This document shows, one piece after another, positions 18,875 through 24,458 of a stretch of DNA of 33,887 nucleotides (the stretch's first letter is position 1; each line of letters begins with the position of its first letter). Position numbers and translations under genes: made by a program. Origin of the DNA: Oscillospiraceae bacterium (lineage in GTDB: Bacteria > Bacillota > Clostridia > Oscillospirales > Ruminococcaceae); contig JAFXOO010000142.1 in the NCBI GenBank assembly GCA_017528675.1, forward strand, positions 1 through 33,887, in the 5' to 3' direction. A model generated the notes under the pieces. The model did no database searches. It saw only the letters and a list, made by a program, of their open reading frames with translations, and was not told the origin of the DNA.

Positions 18875-19243
18875 ATGTCATTATCGCTTGGTCTGATGAT
18901 CGGCGGAGCTTTGGTTGCGGTGCTGGGAGGTATCCTCGTATTCACAAAGCTTGGATCGGTGAAAATCCTGTTTGGTATTGTATTGGCGGTGTTCGGACTT
19001 GGTGCGATCGGTGTGGGGTATACGTTGGACCAGTTCAAGGAAGTGACGTATTCTGTGGTGGAAGCGAATCCGGTTTCGCCACGGGATGACGAAGACCAGT
19101 ACCGTGTGACACTCAGGGATGACAAGGGAATCAGTACATGGATTTATGTCAACCAGAGCCAGCTCGACAATTATCAGTCGGGAACTGCGGTGACCATGAA
19201 GAAAAGTCAGCTCAGGCTGCTTCAGGAATCAAAAGTGGAATAA
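18875..19243 (+). CDS. Hypothetical small membrane protein (2 TM plus soluble C-terminal domain)
   Basis: AAGGAGG RBS 8 nt before ATG 18875; 122 aa; two hydrophobic helices then a charged ~65-aa tail. No family recognised. Confidence 0.65.
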   Translation: MSLSLGLMIGGALVAVLGGILVFTKLGSVKILFGIVLAVFGLGAIGVGYTLDQFKEVTYSVVEANPVSPRDDEDQYRVTLRDDKGISTWIYVNQSQLDNYQSGTAVTMKKSQLRLLQESKVE

Positions 19244-19253
19244 ACTGATAAAA

Positions 19254-19282
19254 CTGCCCGCAGAATCCGTATCTGCGGGCAG
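19254..19282 (+). repeat. Terminator-like hairpin, left copy of a locus-specific direct repeat flanking element copy B
   Basis: CTGCCCGCAGA-ATCCGTA-TCTGCGGGCAG (11-bp stem). Repeated at 19450-19478 with one loop substitution. Confidence 0.85.
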
Positions 19283-19287
19283 TTAGT

Positions 19288-19448
19288 CTGTCAAAAAAAG
19301 CTGTTTTGCAGGGTTCGGGGCGGCAGCCCCGATCAGGGGCAGGGGGCGAAGCCCCCGCAATATAACCCCCTCCCCGATGGGGAGGGGGTTGGGGGTGGGG
19401 CGCCTCACGGTGCGCCAGCACCAGAAAATGGACTTTATTGACAAGCTG
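19288..19448 (+). repeat. Interspersed GC-rich multi-hairpin element, copy B (complete)
   Basis: Hairpins are H1 CGGGGC-GGCA-GCCCCG (19316-19331), H2 GGGGGC-GAA-GCCCCC (19342-19356), H3 CCCCCTCCCC-GAT-GGGGAGGGGG (19366-19388) and H4 GGTGC-GCCA-GCACC (19409-19422). Conserved unpaired segments are TTTTGCAGGGTT, GCAATATA and AGAAAATGGACTTTATTGACAAGCTG. Confidence 0.85.
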
Positions 19449-19449
19449 A

Positions 19450-19478
19450 CTGCCCGCAGAATCCGTTTCTGCGGGCAG
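19450..19478 (+). repeat. Terminator-like hairpin, right copy of the direct repeat flanking element copy B
   Basis: CTGCCCGCAGA-ATCCGTT-TCTGCGGGCAG, 196 bp after the left copy; followed by TCTGAACTTTTTT. Confidence 0.85.
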
Positions 19479-19501
19479 TCTGAACTTTTTTCAAAAAACA
19501 C

Positions 19502-19529
19502 TTGCATTAAAAGGATTATCTGCTATAAT
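19502..19529 (+). promoter_or_regulatory. purA promoter TTGCAT-16-TATAAT
   Basis: TTGCAT 19502-19507 and TATAAT 19524-19529, about 60 nt upstream of ATG 19591. Confidence 0.6.
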
Positions 19530-19590
19530 ATACATGTATGTCTTGGTAAAGCGCTAAGACGAAACAAACTATGAGAAAAGAGGAACATGC

Positions 19591-20868
19591 ATGCCTGCTA
19601 ATATTGTTATCGGTACCCAGTGGGGTGATGAGGGAAAGGGAAAGGTCATCGACATCCTTGCTTCCCGTGCCCAGGTGGTTGTTCGTTCCCAGGGCGGCAA
19701 CAATGCCGGCCATACCGTTGTCAGCGGCGGCCAGACGTATAAGCTGCATCTGGTGCCCTCCGGTATTCTGTATCCGGATACGATGTGCCTGATCGGTGCC
19801 GGTGTTGTGCTGGATCCGAAGGACTTCATCGGTGAGCTCGACGAGATGGAGCGCAGAGGCATCTCCACTGCCAACCTCAAGATTGATCCCCGTGCGCATG
19901 TGGTGATGCCGTGGCATATCACGCTTGACGGCCTGTCTGAGGCTTTCCGTGGCGGAAATGACATCGGCACGACCAAGCGTGGCATCGGCCCGACCTATAT
20001 GGATAAATACGAGCGCTGCGGCATCCGTGTCTGCGATCTGATTGACCCGGTGCTGTTTGAGCAGAAGGCACGCTCGACCGGTGCGCTCAAGAACAAGATC
20101 ATCACGGCCGTATATGGCGGTGAGGCACATGACCTCGATGCAGTGATTGCCGAGTACAAGGCTTATGGCGAGCGCCTGAAGCCCTATGTGGCGGATGTAT
20201 CTGTGCTGACCTATGAGGCATATAAGGCCGGTAAGACCATCCTGTTTGAGGGTGCACAGGCGACACTGCTCGATATTGACTTCGGCACCTATCCGTTTGT
20301 GACCAGCTCGCATCCGCTGTCCGGCGGTGTGTGCGTAGGTACCGGCATCGGCCCGAAGATGATCGACAACATCATCGGCGTGGCGAAGGCTTACACGACC
20401 CGTGTCGGCAAGGGGCCGTTCCCGACGGAGCTGTTCAACGAGACAGGCGACACGATCCGCAACAAGGGCGGTGAGTTCGGTACCACGACCGGCCGTCCGA
20501 GAAGAACGGGCTGGTTTGATGCAGTGATTGTACGGCACTCCGTGAGAGTCAACGGCCTGGACGGTCTGGCGATCAACAAGCTGGATACGCTGTCCGGCAT
20601 TGGCGATCTGAAGATCTGCATCGGTTATGAGAAGCCCGACGGCACGAAGCTGCACGACTTCCCGTCCTCTCTTGAGGAACTGGCGGAGTGCAGTCCGATC
20701 TATGAGGAATTTCCGGGCTTTGATGATGATATTTCCGGATGCCGCACATTTGAGGAGCTGCCGGAGACCTGCCGGAAGTACATCGAGCGCCTCGAAGAAC
20801 TCTGTGAGTGCAAGGTCTGCATGGTCGGTGTCGGCCCTGACAGAGAGCAGCAGATCGAACGGCGCTGA
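19591..20868 (+). CDS. purA: Adenylosuccinate synthetase
   Basis: GTQWGDEGKGK P-loop, GGNNAGHT and TTGRPRR; 425 aa. Confidence 0.96.
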   Translation: MPANIVIGTQWGDEGKGKVIDILASRAQVVVRSQGGNNAGHTVVSGGQTYKLHLVPSGILYPDTMCLIGAGVVLDPKDFIGELDEMERRGISTANLKIDPRAHVVMPWHITLDGLSEAFRGGNDIGTTKRGIGPTYMDKYERCGIRVCDLIDPVLFEQKARSTGALKNKIITAVYGGEAHDLDAVIAEYKAYGERLKPYVADVSVLTYEAYKAGKTILFEGAQATLLDIDFGTYPFVTSSHPLSGGVCVGTGIGPKMIDNIIGVAKAYTTRVGKGPFPTELFNETGDTIRNKGGEFGTTTGRPRRTGWFDAVIVRHSVRVNGLDGLAINKLDTLSGIGDLKICIGYEKPDGTKLHDFPSSLEELAECSPIYEEFPGFDDDISGCRTFEELPETCRKYIERLEELCECKVCMVGVGPDREQQIERR

Positions 20869-20871
20869 GCC

Positions 20872-21178
20872 AGCGCCGGCAGACGCATGCCGGGGTTCGG
20901 CTATGGCGGCAGACCGGAACATGCGAACCGGGTGCGGTTGACAGCATGTGGTGCGTGCCTGTACCGGGAAGACGCATGCCGGGGTTCGGCTATGGCGGCA
21001 GACCGGAACATGCGAACCGGGCGCCGTTGACAGCATACGGTGCGTGCCAGTATCGGGCAGATGCATACCGGGGTTCGGCTATGGCGGCAGACCGGAACAT
21101 GCGAACCGGGTGCGGTTGACAGCATACGGTGCGTGCCTGTACCGGGCAGACGGCCGGGGTTCACATTGAGAACAGACC
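20872..21178 (+). repeat. Non-coding tandem repeat: three full 89-bp units plus one degenerate unit
   Basis: Units start at 20882, 20971 and 21060 (exact 89-bp period). By hand alignment the units differ at about 5-7 positions. A fourth, degenerate unit starts at 21149. The period is not a multiple of 3. Confidence 0.9.
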
Positions 21179-21247
21179 CGGTTATGCGCAGAAGGCGCTG
21201 TTATGTGCAGAATCAAATCCCATAGATCCTAAAAAAGATGCTTTTCC

Positions 21248-21322
21248 CCCGCTTTGTGCTACAAAGCGGGCGGGAGTCCAGAGGGCAGCGCCCTCTGGCA
21301 GGGTACAGGGGCAGCGCCTCTG
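21248..21322 (+). repeat. Cluster of three GC-rich hairpins upstream of CDS 21353
   Basis: CCCGCTTTGT-GCT-ACAAAGCGGG (21248-21270), CCAGAGGGC-AGC-GCCCTCTGG (21278-21298) and CAGGGGC-AGC-GCCTCTG (21306-21322, one G-U pair). Confidence 0.7.
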
Positions 21323-21352
21323 ACAACATAGCGAATAAAAGAGGTGAACGAT

Positions 21353-22501
21353 ATGCCAGATCAGGACAATCTGCTTGGCGATACGCCGGAAACGTGGCAG
21401 GGCAATGATGAAAAGAAGGGCGCTCCGGTGCTGGATATGAGCGACCTGGAGGGTCTGCTCGGTGATACGCCTCAGACCTGGGGCGGCAATGAGCAGAAGC
21501 TTGGTGCACCGGTGCTGGAGGAGCAGATAGAGCTTGACAATCCCGGCCAGAGCTGGGAGGATCATAAGCTTGGAGCGCCGGTGCTGGATGAGGCGCCGGT
21601 ATTGGACGAACCGGGCAGCTATACGCCAGAAGAAAAGCGGGGCGATGTGCAGCTTGAGGGCAGTATGGATGATCTGCTCGGCGGCGGTGACCCTGCGAAT
21701 TATGATCCGGTAGCGGAGTTTGTGCAGCGGCTGCAATTTGATGAGGCACTGCTGGAGAAGTTCAGGACGCTTGATGCCGAGCAGCAGCAGCAGGTGACGG
21801 CAATGCGTGCGCAGCAGCTTGGTGTTCCTGCGCCGATGATTCCGAATGAACTGCGGCCGAAGCCGGCTGAGGCTCTGCCGGAGGCTGCGGATGTTGCACT
21901 CGAAGAAGCGCCGCAGACGGAGGAGTACAAGCCGACCTTTGAGGACGAGGATCTCAAGCGCATCAAGGAGGAATCCAAGAAGCCCCAGAAGTATACGCCG
22001 CCTCCTATGGAGCTGACGGAGGAGAAGAAAAAGGAAAACATCCGCATCATGAACGAACTGCGTGAGGAACGGGAGCGGGAACTGGCACATAAGGGCTTTA
22101 TCCAGCTTATCATCCTGACGGTGGTCGGCGTGATCGGTGCGGTTGCGTTCTCGCTGTTCTTTTCGGGAGCGTTCGGACTGGGCTTCAAGGAGACGCTGGA
22201 GGATAACCGCTTCTTCTCCACGGTACAGGGAATTGCCCCGTATGTGGGCATTGTCATGGCGCTGGCAGCATTGCCGCTGGCGGCACCGGTTCCGCAGCTC
22301 AAGGGCTTTACAAAGCTGCTGTTTGTGCTTGGGTTCCTGCTGTCGCTGTTCCCTGGACTGCCGCTGCTGATTCAGAAGGATGGCCACATGGTCATCAATG
22401 CAATTCTGATTGCGCTGTCAATCGGCTGCTCGCTGGCTGTGGTGTTTATCATGTCCACAAGCGAGGGGATTAACCAGTATAATAAGCACGGCAATTCCTG
22501 A
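21353..22501 (+). CDS. Hypothetical membrane protein: N-terminal 28-aa repeats, charged coiled region, C-terminal multi-TM domain
   Basis: ATG 21353 is 8 nt after GAGG, whereas the ORF-track GTG 21344 overlaps the RBS. Repeats are LLGDTP.TW.GN..K.GAPVL[DE] x2 plus a partial copy. KE-rich segment, then about 4 hydrophobic helices. No family recognised. Confidence 0.7.
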   Translation: MPDQDNLLGDTPETWQGNDEKKGAPVLDMSDLEGLLGDTPQTWGGNEQKLGAPVLEEQIELDNPGQSWEDHKLGAPVLDEAPVLDEPGSYTPEEKRGDVQLEGSMDDLLGGGDPANYDPVAEFVQRLQFDEALLEKFRTLDAEQQQQVTAMRAQQLGVPAPMIPNELRPKPAEALPEAADVALEEAPQTEEYKPTFEDEDLKRIKEESKKPQKYTPPPMELTEEKKKENIRIMNELREERERELAHKGFIQLIILTVVGVIGAVAFSLFFSGAFGLGFKETLEDNRFFSTVQGIAPYVGIVMALAALPLAAPVPQLKGFTKLLFVLGFLLSLFPGLPLLIQKDGHMVINAILIALSIGCSLAVVFIMSTSEGINQYNKHGNS

Positions 22502-22520
22502 GACAGGCGGAATGCCGTCT

Positions 22521-22569
22521 GCACTCACCGGTGCGCCGGCACCAGAAAAAGGACTTTATCGGCAATCTG
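22521..22569 (+). repeat. Solo 3' fragment of the interspersed element (copy E)
   Basis: GCACTCACCGGTGCGCCGGCACCAGAAAAAGGACTTTATCGGCAATCTG aligns with 58-106 of copy A with 4 substitutions. Contains hairpin H4 and the tail only. Confidence 0.8.
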
Positions 22570-22609
22570 AAGAAAATTGCACTGAAGTGTGCAATTTTCT
22601 TCTTTTTTT
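22569..22609 (+). terminator. Strong intrinsic terminator
   Basis: GAAGAAAATTGCAC-TGAAGT-GTGCAATTTTCTTC (14-bp perfect stem) followed by TTTTTTT. Confidence 0.85.
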
Positions 22610-22649
22610 CGGCATGTGTGAAAGGGCTTTGCCCGGAAAGGAGAATGCC

Positions 22650-23063
22650 ATGCTGAAAGCAGATGGAAAGTATATCGACACGCTGCCGGTTCAACAGCTC
22701 CTCTCGCAGGAGGAAGCAAGAGTGGATCGCATCACAATCGAGGTGGACAGGTATTACGGGACGCATGATCTGGCGGATTTCCTGTTCGTGATGCGGGGAA
22801 TTCTGCCCTCCGGCGGGGAGACAGAGGCGGTACTGGAAAAGGAAACGGACGAGGATGTCATCCGGCTGTGCTGGGAGGTGGGGCCGGGCTTCACGCAGGA
22901 GGCAGGCACTCTGGTGCTGGATCTCTTTGCGTACCGCTATGAGGAGGCGGCTGATCCCGATGAGGATCCGCCGGATTATCTGCTCCGGTACCAGCTTCCG
23001 CCGGTACAGGTGCGGGCGGTTCCGGTATGTTCTTCCTATGAGGGAGCCGGGGATGCTGTTTAG
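22650..23063 (+). CDS. Hypothetical acidic 137-aa protein
   Basis: GGAAAGGAG RBS then ATG 22650 (MLKADGKYIDTLPV...). The upstream part of ORF 22410-23063 runs through the repeat fragment and terminator and is not coding. No family confidently recognised. Confidence 0.6.
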   Translation: MLKADGKYIDTLPVQQLLSQEEARVDRITIEVDRYYGTHDLADFLFVMRGILPSGGETEAVLEKETDEDVIRLCWEVGPGFTQEAGTLVLDLFAYRYEEAADPDEDPPDYLLRYQLPPVQVRAVPVCSSYEGAGDAV

Positions 23064-23078
23064 CATCCTGTAATCCAC

Positions 23079-23107
23079 AGGCGGCACTTTTCCAAAAAGT
23101 GCCGCCT
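23079..23107. terminator. Bidirectional hairpin between convergent genes
   Basis: AGGCGGCACTTT-TCCAA-AAAGTGCCGCCT, a 12-bp perfect stem. The arms are nearly identical to the terminator at 30368-30393. Confidence 0.6.
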
Positions 23108-23156
23108 CGCCGTATGGCGCAAGGGGGTGCAAAGCCAACAACTTAGCAGAATAAAA

Positions 23157-23239
23157 CCTGCGGGTGCAGGGCGGTCACCGCCCTGCCGGGGGAGGTTTAG
23201 GAGGGGCGAGTAGCCCCTCCTGAGTCGGCGTAAGCCGAC
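23157..23239 (-). other. Cluster of GC-rich hairpins downstream of the XRE-family gene
   Basis: GTCGGC-GTAA-GCCGAC (23224-23239), AGGAGGGGC-GAGTA-GCCCCTCCT (23199-23221) and CAGGGCGG-TCA-CCGCCCTG (23167-23185). CCTGC-GGGT-GCAGG (23157-23170) is followed on the minus strand by TTTTATT. Confidence 0.65.
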
Positions 23240-23260
23240 AAAGAAGCCTAAGTCACAACG

Positions 23261-23863
23261 CTACATCTGCAAAAGCTGCACCACCAGCACGCCTGCCGCA
23301 ACCAGCAGCTCTGCGGCTGCCACCACGATCACACCGATGTACAGCTTCTTCCGGGTGCTGCGTTTTGCCCGTTCCTGCTGCTTCTCGATGTCATCGAGCG
23401 TTTCGCCGTGCAGGAATGCCAGCACCTCACGGTAGGTCTGGATGTCGTTCTGTTCCTTGAACTGCTCCATCTTATGGAACGCCAGAAAGATCACGACCGC
23501 CAGCACTCCGGCAAGCATGCATCCGAGCAGCCTGCCGACCTCACCGCCGTACTCCACCAGAGCCGTTACGCCGAACATCAGCGCAAACAGGCTCCCAATG
23601 CCGAGCCAATGCAGCCGCTTCAGGGTCTTTGCATCCTCATTCTGTACCGTGTTTTTCATAATCTCCACATCTCCTTTGACAAGTTCGTCGAGTGAAACAC
23701 CAAAGAGATCGCTCAGGATCAGCAGACTGTGTACATCGGGATAGCTCTTTTCCGTCTCCCAGTTGGAAACCGTCTGCCGGCTGACATAGGCCTTCTCTGC
23801 CAGTGTCTCCTGCGACCAGTTCTGTTCCGTCCGCAGCCGTTTGATCGTCTTACCAAGCTCCAT
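23261..23863 (-). CDS. XRE-family helix-turn-helix regulator with C-terminal transmembrane segments
   Basis: ATG 23863 (MELGKTIKRLRTEQNWSQETLAEKAYVSRQTVSNWETEKSYPDVHSLLILSDLFGVSLDELV) preceded by AAGGAGGG. Three hydrophobic helices lie in the C-terminal half. The ORF-track start 23968 is trimmed. Confidence 0.85.
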   Translation of the reverse strand: MELGKTIKRLRTEQNWSQETLAEKAYVSRQTVSNWETEKSYPDVHSLLILSDLFGVSLDELVKGDVEIMKNTVQNEDAKTLKRLHWLGIGSLFALMFGVTALVEYGGEVGRLLGCMLAGVLAVVIFLAFHKMEQFKEQNDIQTYREVLAFLHGETLDDIEKQQERAKRSTRKKLYIGVIVVAAAELLVAAGVLVVQLLQM

Positions 23864-23902
23864 CGTGTTCCCTCCTTTCTGCCGGGCTCTCCGGCTGATC
23901 TC

Positions 23903-23931
23903 ATCATAGCAGATGTGGTGTGAAAATGCAA
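23903..23931 (-). promoter_or_regulatory. Promoter of the XRE-family gene (TTGCAT-17-TATGAT on minus strand)
   Basis: Reverse complements: ATGCAA 23926-23931 gives TTGCAT and ATCATA 23903-23908 gives TATGAT, with a 17-nt spacer. Confidence 0.5.
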
Positions 23932-23980
23932 CCAAAGCTCTTTGACATCCGACAAAAATCGTTGTCAAAGAGCTTTGACA
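23930..23980. promoter_or_regulatory. Two operator-like palindromes (TGTCAAAG-NN-CTTTGACA)
   Basis: O2 at 23963-23980 is TGTCAAAGAGCTTTGACA, with perfect 8-bp arms. O1 at 23930-23947 is AACCAAAGCTCTTTGACA, with a partial left arm. Centres are 33 bp apart and O1 abuts the -35 of the XRE promoter. Confidence 0.55.
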
Positions 23981-24379
23981 TCACATATCTGCGTCATTTC
24001 CAAGCTGAAACCTACCCGGCAGCAGCTCTCCGAGCGTGTGCACGCCGTCCGTCAGGATGACCCGCAGAGCCTCCCCGCCGAACTCCGCCAGAACCTGCCG
24101 GCATGCCCCGCAGGGCATACAGGGCGCATCCGGTGCATGCCCCTCCGGTGCCCCACAGATGGCAACGGCACGAATTTTCCGGTGCCCCTCCGAGACTGCC
24201 TTGACAACCGCCGTCCGTTCTGCGCAGATACATTCACCATAGGCAGCATTCTCGACATTGCAGCCTGTAAAGACCGTCCCGTCCTCTGTCAGGAGCGCTG
24301 CGCCGACCGCAAAATGCGAATACACGCAGTAGGCACGTTCCCGTGCCGCACGGGCTGCCTGCATCAGTGTTTCCTCCAT
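23981..24379 (-). CDS. cdd: Cytidine deaminase
   Basis: Zinc-binding motifs CAERTA and PCGACRQ. I place the start at ATG 24379 (MEETLMQ), after a GAGGAGGGGG RBS; the ORF-track GTG 24406 is less likely. Confidence 0.9.
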   Translation of the reverse strand: MEETLMQAARAARERAYCVYSHFAVGAALLTEDGTVFTGCNVENAAYGECICAERTAVVKAVSEGHRKIRAVAICGAPEGHAPDAPCMPCGACRQVLAEFGGEALRVILTDGVHTLGELLPGRFQLGNDADM

Positions 24380-24424
24380 AGGCTCCCCCTCCTCTTGCAA
24401 TTTCACAGCAAGTGTGCTATAATG

Positions 24425-24452
24425 AAACAGGAGGCCGTGAAGCCTCCTGTTT
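24425..24452 (-). terminator. Hairpin after ackA
   Basis: AAACAGGAGGC-CGTGAA-GCCTCCTGTTT, an 11-bp stem lying 7 nt downstream of the ackA stop (24459-24461). Confidence 0.6.
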
Positions 24453-24458
24453 TACGCA

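Noticed and set aside
19212-19507. Minus-strand ORFs with conserved-looking peptides through the interspersed element (19212-19421, 19283-19507, 33531-33797, the N-terminal 89 codons of 32789-33835) and the plus-frame peptide LTGAPAPEKGLYRQ shared by copies A and E
   Set aside because: Indels between copies shift the frame: copy B reads in a different frame from A and E. There are no RBSs, and the conservation is explained by the nucleotide repeat and its hairpin symmetry.
20900-20935. LexA/Cheo-box-like GAAC..GAAC and GTTC..GAAC elements inside array units
   Set aside because: GAACATGCGAAC is a direct rather than inverted arrangement, and GTTC-N18-GAAC has the wrong spacing for CGAAC-N4-GTTCG.
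20872-21178. CRISPR array interpretation of the 89-bp tandem repeat
   Set aside because: The whole 89-bp unit is repeated with no variable spacers, the unit is far longer than CRISPR repeats, and there are no cas genes in the window.
20573-21225. Repeated peptide ORFs through the 89-bp array (20573-20977 -, 20901-21164 -, 20948-21169 +, 21040-21225 +)
   Set aside because: The 89-bp period is not a multiple of 3, so the frame rotates from unit to unit. The similar peptides are artefacts of the DNA repeat.
22650-23063. Phage baseplate/tail (BppU-N-like) origin of the 137-aa acidic protein, with a prophage remnant together with the XRE gene
   Set aside because: I only have a vague pattern resemblance (DL..F......P.GG ... 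W.V....T...G.L.L.L). No other phage genes, integrase or att-like repeats are nearby, so I left it as hypothetical.
18600-23970. Defence island or mobile genetic element between ftsH and cdd
   Set aside because: No nuclease, methylase, ATPase, reverse transcriptase, toxin-antitoxin or recombinase signatures are present. purA sits in the middle, and the non-core genes are small membrane or hypothetical proteins.
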